This document shows positions 9,460 to 19,212 of a DNA stretch of 64,000 nucleotides, one piece after another. The stretch spans positions 32,001-96,000 of IMG/VR virus record IMGVR_UViG_3300042448_000816; one strand, 5' to 3'. The stretch is from a virus. The position numbers and the translations under genes are program-made. The stretch's first letter is position 1. Each line of letters starts with the position of its first letter. The notes beneath the pieces were generated by a model. It was not told the origin of the DNA and made no database searches. It saw only the letters and a program-made list of their open reading frames with translations.

Positions 9460-9785
9460 TAAAACTTTACTCCATGTCTTTCTGGTCGTGACTTATTAAA
9501 ACTAGTCTTATTGTTTAGAGCTACCTGTAGCTCTTGGTCGACATATCCATTATCCACCAATCCTTGGTATAAGTCAAGTGTTCTGATTACAATGTCTGCC
9601 ATTTCGTCAGCGACTTCTTGCTTTCCCTTATTTTTACGAATGGCTTCCATGACCTCTACTGCTTCTGACACAATCATCATTAGCTGTTTAGTAATAAAAA
9701 TATCGTCTACCTTCTCAGGCCAGAAGCCTTTTTCTACTGCAGTAGTATGAATTTCTTTTGCCATATCGTCTAGCCTGTTATACAT
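9459..9785 (-). CDS. MazG-like nucleotide pyrophosphohydrolase
   Basis: SEAVEVMEA...EMADIVIR. Confidence 0.8.
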   Translation of the reverse strand: MYNRLDDMAKEIHTTAVEKGFWPEKVDDIFITKQLMMIVSEAVEVMEAIRKNKGKQEVADEMADIVIRTLDLYQGLVDNGYVDQELQVALNNKTSFNKSRPERHGVKF

Positions 9786-12700
9786 CTTTTACATCCTCCA
9801 TAATTATTGTTCCATCTTTTGTTTTTCCGAAAGAGAAGCTATATGCAGACCCCTCTTGAACTTTCATATATGCCTTTGGAAAGGCTGTTGGGAATACCGT
9901 TACTGAGTGCAGGTTTCTAGAACTATCTGCAAGTGTTAGTGAGGCCATCTTCTTGCCAGCCTTGGTGATCCTTGGCTTAAAGGAAACAACAAACATGTCA
10001 TCATCTTTGTAAGGTAGCTGCTTGTATCCCAAAAACTTTACAAGGGCATTACTGGATTGTTTAATTTCATCCACAGGGATAGCAGTAACAATCCTATTGT
10101 TATCGCATAGAAGGAGGTAACTCCTACCAGCCTCAATAGTGGTTTGCTCTTCATCAAATATTCCTACGCTTCCAGTCTTATCTAAGACTTCTACACGTGA
10201 CCAACCTTTTCCACGCTTAATAGATTTTACCATACCCATCAAGACAAATGCTCCCTTTTCTTCAAACTCTTCTATTGGATTAATGAAGGCATAGTAGTGA
10301 GAAGGAACCGTGATGTTGAACTCTGGAAGGTTCAAAAACTCATAAAGATTTTCCTTAATCTCTTCTTCGTTTCTTGGATTGTCTTCAAAGGTAGCTGCAC
10401 CAATTACACGCAACGCCTGTAGAGATCTAGTGTTTACGCCACTACCCTTGGCAAGAGTAAACTCTTCCAAATGCTTATAGCTTTTGAATGGTCTTTGAGC
10501 AATGTACTTTGCAGCAATGTTATCAGAGATAAACTTAATAGCAGTTAGCCCAAAACGAATTCCCTTACCCTCAATCTTAAAGTCTGCATCAGAGTCGTTA
10601 ACGTGAGGTAGCTTAACAGAGATACCCATACGCTTAGCTTCAATAAGATACTCTGTTCTAGTATCCTTATCCTTTTCATTCTTTAGCAAAGAATACATAA
10701 ACTCTAGTGGGTAGTAATACTTCAACCATGCTGTCCAATATGAAAGAGTCGAGTAAGCCACAGCGTGAGACTTGTTGAAGGAATAGCCTGCGTGTGCCTC
10801 AAAGTCTTGCCACAAATCTCTTGCAGAGTTAGGAGCCATAAACTTAGAAGCTCCATCAATAAACTTATCCTTAAACTTGTCAAACTCTTTGGCGTCCTTC
10901 TTCTTACCGATGATCTTACGAACTTGGTCTGCCTCTGCCATCGTCATTCCGCCAAGCTCTGTACAGGCTTGCATAACCTGTTCCTGGTACAAGATACATC
11001 CGTAGGTCTCCTGAGTAAAAGCTTTCATGACCTGGTGGTGGTAACTAATATTTTGTTTACCGTGCTTACGAGCAATGTAATCTTTACCAATAGTATTCAT
11101 AGCACCTGGACGAACTAGAGCGTTGGATGCAGCTAGCTCAGCAAAGTTTTTAATACCCATCTTTACAAGCAGGTTAGTATAGGGAGTGGCTTCACACTGG
11201 AACACACCCTTCGTATATCCAGAAGAAAGCATTTCATAAACTTTTTGGTCTTCCATATTTACAGAAAGCAGCTCAAGCTTTTTGTTATGCCTTTGCTCAA
11301 TAATTTTAAGTGTGTCCTGAAGAACACTAAGAGTCTTTAGTCCTAGAGCATCAATCTTAATTAAACCAATACGCTCTGCCTCTGCCATGTCTACTGCAAC
11401 TACAGGAATTCTTTCGTCTGATCCAGGAGATGATCTGGTTTCCATTGGTGCATACCTAAAGATTGGCTCCTTGGATGTTACAACTCCAGCTGCATGAATT
11501 CCCGTACCACGAATTCTTCCACGAAGCTGTTCTCCGTATCTTTCAATCTCTGGATACTTCTCACGAAACTCTGCAGTAGACTTTGATGTGCAGTATTCAT
11601 CCCAAGTGTCTACAAGCTTCATAACCTTGTTTACGTCTGGAAGAGGAATGTTTAGCACACGGGCAATGTCTCTCACAACACCCTTATCTTTGAAAGATAG
11701 GAAAGTTGCAATAGATGCAACGTGACGATATTGGCGGACAAGATAATCTTTTACTTCCTCACGACGGTTGTCCTGAATGTCCGTATCAATATCTGGGAAG
11801 TCGTTACGTTCTGGATTAATAAATCGGAAGAACAGTAGTCCGTGTTTGATTGGATCAATATCTGTAATCCCAAGAGTGTAGCAAAGAAGTGAGCCAGCAG
11901 AAGATCCACGTCCTGGACCAACCATGATGTCTTCTTTCTTTGCCCACGCAATCATAGAGCGTACGACAAGGAAGTATGGTCCAAAGTTTTTATCTTTGAT
12001 AACCTTAAGCTCTTCGTCTAATCTTTCTAGATACTGTGGGTCTGCCTCTAGTCCTCTAGCCTTTAAACCTTCTAGGGCTAGTGTCTTTAGCTCTTTGTCT
12101 GGGTCTTTGTATTGAACTGGCAAAAGGTTCATGTGGTCTTGGATGTTATAATCCTCGATCTTATTAGATATCTCAATTGTATTTTCATACATGTCATCTC
12201 TATCAATACCCTGAGCCTCCATGGCAGAACGCATCTCTTCATTAGATAGCAAGTGAATATCAAACTTGTTAAAACTCATCTGTCTGTCTGCACCATACAG
12301 ATAATCTAGTCTGTCCATAAGGTTATCAAACTTTTTAGACTTGTCGTATGTAGCATCCTTTTCAACCTTGTTAGAGTAAGTGTTAAGGATAAGCTTTAGC
12401 TCTTGAATTTCTTTTTGCTCTGGACCTGAGTGGTGACAGTCTGGAGTTACTACGGGCTTGATGCCAAATTCATCTGCCAATTCTAAGATTGTTTTGTTCA
12501 TCTCTGGTGGATTGTGTGGCATTACCTCAAGGTAATAGTCATCACCAAAAGTATCTTTACACCACTTGATATGTGTTTTAGCAAAGGCTAGGTTTCCTGC
12601 CTCAATTGCCTTAGCCAATACTCCACTAAGACATCCAGAGGTGACTACGATACCCTCTTTATACTGTTCTAAAACTTTCCAGTCAATTCTTGGTTTCTTG

Positions 12701-13056
12701 AAAAATCCCTCAGTCCAAGCAATCTCATTTAGTTTGTTTAGGTTTTCTAGACCTTTAGGATTCTTGGCAAGAAGGACAAGGTGGTTATAAACAAGGTCTA
12801 GTGGCCCTGTTCTCTCGTCTTTATCACGACGGTCAAAACGATCCTCCGTTATATATCCTTCTACGCCAAGTATTGGCTTGATGCCCTTTTCTTTTGCAGC
12901 ACGGTACATCTCTCTGTGACCAGACAAAGAACCGTGGTCAGTGATTGCAATAGCGGACATCCCTAGTTCAGATGCACGATCTACATACTCTTGTGGAGTT
13001 GCGATTCCATCAAAGAGTGAGTAGTGCGTGTGAACGTGTAAGCCAACATACCCCAT
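9778..13056 (-). CDS. dnaE: DNA polymerase III alpha subunit (family C) with PHP domain
   Basis: HVHTHYSLFDG, TDHG, GPGRGSSAGS, PDIDTD, FNKSHA. Confidence 0.96.
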   Translation of the reverse strand: MGYVGLHVHTHYSLFDGIATPQEYVDRASELGMSAIAITDHGSLSGHREMYRAAKEKGIKPILGVEGYITEDRFDRRDKDERTGPLDLVYNHLVLLAKNPKGLENLNKLNEIAWTEGFFKKPRIDWKVLEQYKEGIVVTSGCLSGVLAKAIEAGNLAFAKTHIKWCKDTFGDDYYLEVMPHNPPEMNKTILELADEFGIKPVVTPDCHHSGPEQKEIQELKLILNTYSNKVEKDATYDKSKKFDNLMDRLDYLYGADRQMSFNKFDIHLLSNEEMRSAMEAQGIDRDDMYENTIEISNKIEDYNIQDHMNLLPVQYKDPDKELKTLALEGLKARGLEADPQYLERLDEELKVIKDKNFGPYFLVVRSMIAWAKKEDIMVGPGRGSSAGSLLCYTLGITDIDPIKHGLLFFRFINPERNDFPDIDTDIQDNRREEVKDYLVRQYRHVASIATFLSFKDKGVVRDIARVLNIPLPDVNKVMKLVDTWDEYCTSKSTAEFREKYPEIERYGEQLRGRIRGTGIHAAGVVTSKEPIFRYAPMETRSSPGSDERIPVVAVDMAEAERIGLIKIDALGLKTLSVLQDTLKIIEQRHNKKLELLSVNMEDQKVYEMLSSGYTKGVFQCEATPYTNLLVKMGIKNFAELAASNALVRPGAMNTIGKDYIARKHGKQNISYHHQVMKAFTQETYGCILYQEQVMQACTELGGMTMAEADQVRKIIGKKKDAKEFDKFKDKFIDGASKFMAPNSARDLWQDFEAHAGYSFNKSHAVAYSTLSYWTAWLKYYYPLEFMYSLLKNEKDKDTRTEYLIEAKRMGISVKLPHVNDSDADFKIEGKGIRFGLTAIKFISDNIAAKYIAQRPFKSYKHLEEFTLAKGSGVNTRSLQALRVIGAATFEDNPRNEEEIKENLYEFLNLPEFNITVPSHYYAFINPIEEFEEKGAFVLMGMVKSIKRGKGWSRVEVLDKTGSVGIFDEEQTTIEAGRSYLLLCDNNRIVTAIPVDEIKQSSNALVKFLGYKQLPYKDDDMFVVSFKPRITKAGKKMASLTLADSSRNLHSVTVFPTAFPKAYMKVQEGSAYSFSFGKTKDGTIIMEDVKDV

Positions 13057-13069
13057 ATATTTTTACCTA

Positions 13070-13726
13070 CTACCAGTCAATATTGGTAGCTGATGTTGAT
13101 GATGGAGAGTCAAAGCCCAAGTAAAAAGCTTCCTGCTCTGCATACGGAATATTCCTTAGAGCTAGCTCTAGTGGGAACGCTTCTACTCCAGACCAGTTGT
13201 ATGGCTCTGTGTCAGGTCCAGATGGGAACAACGTGTAAGTTGTTTCTGTACCCTGGCCACTACGCTTTAGCTTCCAGCTTAGGTTTGAAATGCTTCCAGT
13301 CTCTAGTGCATACTCACGAATTGTGTTGAATGCAGACTGCTTACTGATACCCATAGACCAGATTGCGACATACGGATCTTCTATTCCGTCGTCAACTAGG
13401 ACGTTGCAGTAAAAACGAAGACGTGCTTTCCAGCCAGCCTTTGGATCTTTACGGTGCATCTCTTCTGCCCAGTCACGGCCTTCTGTTTCCATTGTGTCTA
13501 CAGCCTTACGCTTGTAGTCCTTTGGATTTGTGTGCTCTTTTACTACAATTGCTAGACCACGCTTTTCATCATAGTTTGATGAATCTTCGTCTAGCTCTTC
13601 AATAAAGCGGATCTTTACAGCCTGTCCGTCAGCTAGCTTTAGCCAGCGAACCTTGCTTCCAGTTCCTTCGTACTTTGGTTTGTCAAGCAGGGCGTTGATA
13701 TCTTTTAGTCCCTTTGTTACGCTCAT
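13070..13726 (-). CDS. Single-stranded DNA-binding protein (gp32-like)
   Basis: WLKLADG..VKIRF, KLKRSGQGTETTY, acidic/aromatic C-terminus; SD AGGAG; replication context. Confidence 0.72.
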   Translation of the reverse strand: MSVTKGLKDINALLDKPKYEGTGSKVRWLKLADGQAVKIRFIEELDEDSSNYDEKRGLAIVVKEHTNPKDYKRKAVDTMETEGRDWAEEMHRKDPKAGWKARLRFYCNVLVDDGIEDPYVAIWSMGISKQSAFNTIREYALETGSISNLSWKLKRSGQGTETTYTLFPSGPDTEPYNWSGVEAFPLELALRNIPYAEQEAFYLGFDSPSSTSATNIDW

Positions 13727-13758
13727 ATTTATTCTCCTATATTTTGATTGTTACTTTT

Positions 13759-14703
13759 TTATTTTAGCATATTAGCAATAGTATTGTCAAACTTAGAGTC
13801 TAATGACTTTATATCTTCGTCTGACATATCACCAATGTCTTTGTATTTATTATCTAGTTGTATTACAGAAACACGAGAGCCAAGCTTATCCAAAAGCTTT
13901 TTCTTCATATTGCCGCCTGCTTCATCATTATCTGCAATAACAATAATGTTATTGAAATACTTTTGAAGAAGTTCTATTTGCATACTAGAAACATTTGCTC
14001 CTAGTGTGGCTACTGCTGCTAGGCCGACTTGGTCTAGCCTAATTGCATCAAAGGATGATTCTACCACATAAACCTGCTCTGCAGTTTTTACACGGTTTAT
14101 GTTAAACAAAGTTTTGCTCTTAGGCAGGCCTGTACTATTTTTAAACTCTTTGCCCTCAATAGATCTTCCAACAAACCCTAAAAGAATTCCGTCTGGTGAG
14201 TGAACTGGGACAGTCACCATATCAAAATTTGCTGAAAAACCTAGTCCAAATTTTATCATAGATTCTTTATTAATTTTTCTGCCATTAAAGTAAGTGCTGG
14301 CTCTTGGAGAATCCATGGCTTGCAAGTGAAGTTTTTTAATTTGAAGCTCATCATATGCTACATACTCTTGCCTGGTGTGCAACTGACGAGTCATCTCTTG
14401 TTCTAGATCTGTTTCTTGTTCTTTGCTTTTAATAAAACGAACTGACTCAAAGTATGTTCTGCCAGAAGTAAACATTGTAAACTCAACAAGGTCAGAAGTT
14501 TTTTGACAGGAAAAGCAAAAGAATATGCCACTGTCTTTATTTATTTCTCCAGCTGGACTGCGGTGGTTATTATGAAACGGACAAAAAATTATAAAGTCAG
14601 AATCTAGCTCAGTCTGAACCTCTATACCCGATCCCGCAAGAACTCTTCTAACTTGCTCTTTTGTGTATAGATTACCTTTGTTCCGTCTAGTCCTATTATC
14701 CAC
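13759..14703 (-). CDS. dnaG: DnaG-like primase
   Basis: Zn finger CPFH...CFSC; Toprim VVESSFD, DND. Confidence 0.9.
   Translation of the reverse strand: MDNRTRRNKGNLYTKEQVRRVLAGSGIEVQTELDSDFIIFCPFHNNHRSPAGEINKDSGIFFCFSCQKTSDLVEFTMFTSGRTYFESVRFIKSKEQETDLEQEMTRQLHTRQEYVAYDELQIKKLHLQAMDSPRASTYFNGRKINKESMIKFGLGFSANFDMVTVPVHSPDGILLGFVGRSIEGKEFKNSTGLPKSKTLFNINRVKTAEQVYVVESSFDAIRLDQVGLAAVATLGANVSSMQIELLQKYFNNIIVIADNDEAGGNMKKKLLDKLGSRVSVIQLDNKYKDIGDMSDEDIKSLDSKFDNTIANMLK
13761..13769 (-). promoter_or_regulatory. Extended -10 (TGCTAAAAT) for the SSB/dnaE operon
   Basis: Overlaps the end of the primase gene; same motif family. Confidence 0.45.
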
Positions 14704-14948
14704 TGTGTTTTTTTCTTTCCTACGTATATTCCATATGTCGTTAATTTAAATTCAAATATTTGTGCTTCTTTATTATACCGTATTGTGAAGTCTGGGTCAA
14801 TGTCTAGTCTTGGCACATACCCCAGAGTTTCCATCTCAATTACTAATAGCTTTATATATTCTGTTTTTAGTCGTGCAATTGTTGAGTCGTCGTAAATGCT
14901 TCCATCTAACGAAAAACTCTTAATCGGTTTATGGTGTAAATTGTCCAT
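14622..14948 (-). CDS. Hypothetical protein
   Basis: ORF between helicase and primase; TATAAT 5 nt upstream. Confidence 0.65.
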   Translation of the reverse strand: MDNLHHKPIKSFSLDGSIYDDSTIARLKTEYIKLLVIEMETLGYVPRLDIDPDFTIRYNKEAQIFEFKLTTYGIYVGKKKTQWIIGLDGTKVIYTQKSKLEEFLRDRV

Positions 14949-14953
14949 AAACC

Positions 14954-14959
14954 ATTATA
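14954..14959 (-). promoter_or_regulatory. -10 element TATAAT, leaderless geometry
   Basis: GTTATAAT-5 nt-ATG(14948). Confidence 0.55.
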
Positions 14960-14960
14960 A

Positions 14961-16181
14961 CTACTTATCTTCATAATCCTTGTACTTGTACCAGCCTTTG
15001 TCAAAGTCTGCCTGCACAAGGAAGTCTCCCATAAATCCATTACGGTTCTTTCTGAAAACACATTCTAGGATATCGCTATTAGCTGCTCTACCCATTGCTA
15101 GCACCCAGTCAGCATCGTAGGCAATCTGGCGTGACCAAGCTGTCTGTCCCAGCGTAGGTACGGTATCAAGTTTTGTAACGTCGTCTGGTGTTGCAGACGA
15201 GATAGCCATGATTGGAACCTCTTCTCCAATAGCCATAAGCTTTAGTTCACGAGACAGGTTTTTCATTCTCACAGTTTCATTATCTGACTTTTGGTTAGGG
15301 CTCATTAGCTGTAGGTAGTCAACAATGACAAAGTCTGGCTTATACTGATCTATCTTTCCACGAAGAACTGACGGAGTAATGTCTCCACCAGTATCATTAG
15401 ATATGATATGAAACTCTGGCTTACCCTCAACATTGACCTTGTGCCAACGCTTTAGGTCATCAATATTTATTTCTCCGTTACTTATCTTACGGTGTGACCA
15501 AAGGCCTTCACCCATAATTGTAAACACACGATTACGAACTTCTGTCTCTGACATCTCAAGGCTAATAACCATGGGAGACTTACCCTGTTTCCAAGCCTGA
15601 ACGGCAAAGTACAGGGATAGCCAAGACTTACCAATACCTGGGTAGGCAAGAAAGACTCCTAGTTGCCCTGGCATAATTCCAGAAGGTAGGTAGTTATCGA
15701 AGCCTGGTAGCCCAGTCTTAATTCCTAGTATACCTAATGCTTTTTGCTTCTGAACATTTTCAAAGTAAGCTACTGCAGAATCAATATCTGTAACATCAAT
15801 GTCACGAATAACTGCCGTGTTCTTTTTTAGCTCTGAGGTTTTTGTAATTAATTCTTCTAGGGCTTCTGGTCCCTTACCTCCCTGGACATCAGCAGCTGTT
15901 GTCATAAGAATATCTTTTAGGCTAGAGTTAAGATACTCTGCTTGCAATTCTTCTAGGTGGTGCTTTGTTGATCCCACGTCTTCTGTAGTAGTAAAGTCTC
16001 TAAACTTTTCTAAGACTAGGCTTACTGGAGGCACAGATGCGTTTACTTCAGAATACTTTCTGATAAACTGCCAAACATCAGTATGAGTACGTAATAGGTT
16101 TTCTACGTTTGCCTGTAGCAAAACATGAACCTGTTTGTCTTTTAAGACTGCAGATATTAGTTTTGCTTCTACGTTACTCAC
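14961..16181 (-). CDS. dnaB: DnaB-like replicative helicase
   Basis: AYPGIGKS, SLEMS, IVDYLQLM, KNRNG. Confidence 0.92.
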   Translation of the reverse strand: MSNVEAKLISAVLKDKQVHVLLQANVENLLRTHTDVWQFIRKYSEVNASVPPVSLVLEKFRDFTTTEDVGSTKHHLEELQAEYLNSSLKDILMTTAADVQGGKGPEALEELITKTSELKKNTAVIRDIDVTDIDSAVAYFENVQKQKALGILGIKTGLPGFDNYLPSGIMPGQLGVFLAYPGIGKSWLSLYFAVQAWKQGKSPMVISLEMSETEVRNRVFTIMGEGLWSHRKISNGEINIDDLKRWHKVNVEGKPEFHIISNDTGGDITPSVLRGKIDQYKPDFVIVDYLQLMSPNQKSDNETVRMKNLSRELKLMAIGEEVPIMAISSATPDDVTKLDTVPTLGQTAWSRQIAYDADWVLAMGRAANSDILECVFRKNRNGFMGDFLVQADFDKGWYKYKDYEDK

Positions 16182-16482
16182 TTAGCCACTCCTTTGCTTG
16201 TTTTCTTCTCTCGGCACGTTCTCTTAAATCTTGTACTAATCTTTCCCTGGAAGTTATAATAGTGTCTGCATAGTTTGCAAAATATTTCCAGTTAGGGTTT
16301 GGGCTTACCTCAAAGTAATAGTCTAACATATCATAGCAGACCTCTAGAGTGAAAGACTCTATTAAAGCATCTGCTGCCCACTGCTCTACGTTTAGATTGA
16401 CAATAGGCTTTTCTTCATACCTGGCTTTGTGTAGCTTAGCGTACCTGCTAAGTAAAGCCATTCGGTATTTACGTTCGGCCAT
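16174..16482 (-). CDS. Hypothetical protein (possible helicase loader)
   Basis: Translationally coupled to dnaB; function inferred from position only. Confidence 0.6.
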   Translation of the reverse strand: MAERKYRMALLSRYAKLHKARYEEKPIVNLNVEQWAADALIESFTLEVCYDMLDYYFEVSPNPNWKYFANYADTIITSRERLVQDLRERAERRKQAKEWLSE

Positions 16483-16697
16483 TACTTGCTGTCAATTTCA
16501 GAAGAGGCTTCTTTAACCTTTTCTGCTAGCTTGTTTTCTACAAATTCATAGACACGCTCAAAGGCTTCGCCAGTGTTTTCGTTGTCTCGCTTGCTATCTG
16601 ACACTTCTAGGTCAATCCTTAGTGATTGAAAATTGCCAAGATTAAGCGTGTATCCTAGTCCAACTTTTACTCTAGTGCTTTCGTTTTCCATACCCAT
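16482..16697 (-). CDS. Hypothetical protein
   Basis: GYTLNLGNFQSLRID motif, recalled from small phage proteins; coupled ORF. Confidence 0.65.
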   Translation of the reverse strand: MGMENESTRVKVGLGYTLNLGNFQSLRIDLEVSDSKRDNENTGEAFERVYEFVENKLAEKVKEASSEIDSK

Positions 16698-16706
16698 ATC
16701 TTTCTA

Positions 16707-17249
16707 TTAAATGGACTCAGACCAAATAGGAATAAATCTTCCGTCTTCTGTCTTCGTATAAGTCAGTATACCATCTCCCATACGCCTTGTCAACTCCTGT
16801 CGACTAGGGGTTATGTCATTAGTAATTAACTTATCATTTCTTGGTCTACCCATGTGGTAGGTAGCCAGTATATCACGAATTTCTTTTACTTGTGATTCTG
16901 AGTAATAGGATCTAACCTGCCACCCAGTTTCCCCACCTTTTTGAGATCCAGTGGGGTGAGGGATAATTCCACGCTTCATTAAGCTGGGCATATATTTTTT
17001 GTGACGATTTACAAGTTCTGCTGTTTGGCCAACAGTGTAGGCTCTTTGTCTATTTTTCTTAAAGTCTGAAATTAGGCAGCTTTCAATTCTGTCTTTTACT
17101 ATATTAAAAACCGACATAATTCCATTAGATTTATTTAGGTGGTGTACTCTTACTAACTCACCGTTTAAGAACCAAACCTTTTTATTTCCTGGTATAGATG
17201 GAAGAGCATTATACTCTGCCATGTCTACCTGGCCGTGTCTCTTGGTCAT
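16707..17249 (-). CDS. MerR-like HTH DNA-binding protein
   Basis: YTVGQTAELVNRH...RGIIP...RSYYSESQV. Confidence 0.65.
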   Translation of the reverse strand: MTKRHGQVDMAEYNALPSIPGNKKVWFLNGELVRVHHLNKSNGIMSVFNIVKDRIESCLISDFKKNRQRAYTVGQTAELVNRHKKYMPSLMKRGIIPHPTGSQKGGETGWQVRSYYSESQVKEIRDILATYHMGRPRNDKLITNDITPSRQELTRRMGDGILTYTKTEDGRFIPIWSESI

Positions 17250-17251
17250 TG

Positions 17252-17695
17252 CTAGTTTGGAATACCCACAGCAATAATGTGAACTTTGACAGCTAGCTGT
17301 CCTGCTGTATTGAATCGAACAATACCATTTACCCCTGAGTTAGTCACGCTTGAAATAACTACAGAAACATCTTTTCCAGAAGACGTTCCTTCAATAAGAA
17401 CTGGGGTAGCAGTAACAATAGGAGGATATTTGTACTCACCTTTAAAGGAGTATGAAAAAGCTTGATCTGTTTCTGCCGTCACTGTTGTTAGTGTTGGATA
17501 GATGATCTCTTCTCCAGCAACAACCTTAGTGTCTGTTAATAGTGTACTTTGTTTTCCTTCTGCTGTATCTATAGATGCATACTTATATCTTGCAGAAGAA
17601 ATCTGAGAAGACAAATCATTAATCGCTTCAACTATTTGATATACATAGTTTACGTCTAGAGGCTGTCCTCTATCTGGTGTTGGTATTCTGGCCAT
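17252..17695 (-). CDS. Tail-associated protein (C-terminal lectin/gp53-like beta domain)
   Basis: F...YKYPPIVTAT...VHIIAVG pattern. Confidence 0.5.
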   Translation of the reverse strand: MARIPTPDRGQPLDVNYVYQIVEAINDLSSQISSARYKYASIDTAEGKQSTLLTDTKVVAGEEIIYPTLTTVTAETDQAFSYSFKGEYKYPPIVTATPVLIEGTSSGKDVSVVISSVTNSGVNGIVRFNTAGQLAVKVHIIAVGIPN

Positions 17696-17700
17696 AATTA

Positions 17701-17709
17701 ATTATACCA
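17701..17709 (-). promoter_or_regulatory. Extended -10 (TGGTATAAT), leaderless geometry
   Basis: 5 nt from ATG 17695. Confidence 0.6.
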
Positions 17710-17733
17710 CTTATTCCGCTAAAAATCTACCAC

Positions 17734-17922
17734 TTAAGCTGGTGGGTTTAGCTCTAGGTCTGGGAACTCTTGTTCTCTTAAAACTTCACAAAAAACAATT
17801 GTATATCCGCAAATACCACAGGGGTGTGAGGTACTTGACCTTTCAAACCAAAAAGATGTTGCCTGTTCAAATGTAGGGCATTCTGTGTTTGTGCACTTCA
17901 TGCTTAATAAATATTTAACCAT
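17734..17922 (-). CDS. Small Cys-rich hypothetical protein
   Basis: SD AAGGA; CxxxxC and CxxC; follows a fibre gene. Confidence 0.55.
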   Translation of the reverse strand: MVKYLLSMKCTNTECPTFEQATSFWFERSSTSHPCGICGYTIVFCEVLREQEFPDLELNPPA

Positions 17923-17929
17923 TTTTTCC

Positions 17930-18742
17930 TTATATCTTAATTATATAGTTTACCACAACGTATGGCTGTAATACGTTTACTGGAACTACTCCGCCAAGTC
18001 CATCTCCGCCTACAGAACTTGTTGTAAAAGCGTGATCGTGCGATGCACTTCTTCCATTGGTTGTGCCAGAGTGGCTGTGGGTGTGGACCCAGGCGTCGTA
18101 TGACGCAGCTCCAGCAATGTTTGAGCCGCCAGAACGGTATGAGCTTCTAAAACCAGAACCAGCACCAGACCCAGAGCCTCCAGCAATAACAGAAGCTGAG
18201 CCAGCACCATGAATATTTAATATTGCCTGGTCACTGCTTGTACCAAACGTGTGGGTATGCTCCTGAGTTTCTGCAGCTGTTGTTCCTGTGTGATTGTGAG
18301 ATGGTATATTTGTAGCTGTTAGAGATACGGCTTTGGCACCACCAGTTTCTCCAAGAACATCGAATTCAGCATCTGTTCCCCTACCCACAGGAATTCTGTT
18401 TTGCAAATTTGGCAAATTAAAAGTTGTAGTTCCATTTCCAGCACCGTAGGCTATTCCAATAGTAGTGAACAAAGAGCTGTATGTTGTTCGTGACACTGCT
18501 GCTCCATCACATAAAAGATATCCTGGGGGTGCTGTTGCACCAGCAAATTGAGAAATAATTCCAGGAGCACCACCGCCAGTTGCGAGAGAAATCCCCTGAA
18601 GACTTGACCACGGAGTAGTTCCAGTTCCCACTTTCAAAATTTGATTTGTGACATCAAACCCCGCTTCGCCAGCTGCAAGGACTGTGTTTTTTGTAGCCCA
18701 ATTTGCAGCAGTATCATTTCTAAACTGTATTAAATAGCTCAT
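17930..18742 (-). CDS. Tail fibre protein with phage tail collar domain
   Basis: N-terminal IQFRNDTAANW..N.VLAAGEAG; collar GYLLCDGAAVSRTTYSSLF...FNLPNL; HxH repeats; QPYVVVNYIIK. Confidence 0.85.
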   Translation of the reverse strand: MSYLIQFRNDTAANWATKNTVLAAGEAGFDVTNQILKVGTGTTPWSSLQGISLATGGGAPGIISQFAGATAPPGYLLCDGAAVSRTTYSSLFTTIGIAYGAGNGTTTFNLPNLQNRIPVGRGTDAEFDVLGETGGAKAVSLTATNIPSHNHTGTTAAETQEHTHTFGTSSDQAILNIHGAGSASVIAGGSGSGAGSGFRSSYRSGGSNIAGAASYDAWVHTHSHSGTTNGRSASHDHAFTTSSVGGDGLGGVVPVNVLQPYVVVNYIIKI

Positions 18743-19212
18743 GCACTACCACCGCTAATGCTTGGCTGTAAAGATTTTTCAGCTGTAGATATTGTGAGGG
18801 TAGGGCTCTCAATCTTTTCTGTTCCAGCTAGCTGTATGGCAATTCTTATATCTGTAGCTCCGTAGCCAATTGCAGTTAAGCTAAGTGGCTGTAAGAATCC
18901 GTATGTGTGTATTGGGGAGGATCCTTTAAAAAAGTAATCCCCCCACGTACCGCCAATTTTATAGCTAACAAAAATATCATATAATGCTGCCTTGTTTGCA
19001 TCTCCCCAGGTTACAATGATGTCTGATGGAGTAACCTCAATATTAGAAGTAACAGTTTTAATAAGACTTGTTGCATTTAGGGTATAAATGGGAGACCAAT
19101 GAGACGTTCTGTTCCTGTCGTTTGAAATAATCCTATATCTAATTAAGTATTTTCCATCTGGAGTTAATGGTGGAAGATCCTTTTTTTCGATAGTTACTTT
19201 TTTAGCTGGCAT
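18739..19212 (-). CDS. Tail/baseplate structural protein (Fn3-like)
   Basis: YRIIS.DRNRTSHWSP; ATG 19212 is the likelier start. Confidence 0.55.
   Translation of the reverse strand: MPAKKVTIEKKDLPPLTPDGKYLIRYRIISNDRNRTSHWSPIYTLNATSLIKTVTSNIEVTPSDIIVTWGDANKAALYDIFVSYKIGGTWGDYFFKGSSPIHTYGFLQPLSLTAIGYGATDIRIAIQLAGTEKIESPTLTISTAEKSLQPSISGGSA

Noticed and set aside
1-16181. Inteins or introns in nrdJ, terL, dnaE, recA or dnaB
   Set aside because: Protein lengths and motif spacing are normal, and no intein termini or homing endonuclease were seen.
17930-18742. Diversity-generating retroelement suggested by the Mtd-like fibre N-terminus
   Set aside because: No reverse transcriptase and no adenine-variant template/variable repeat pair were seen in the window.
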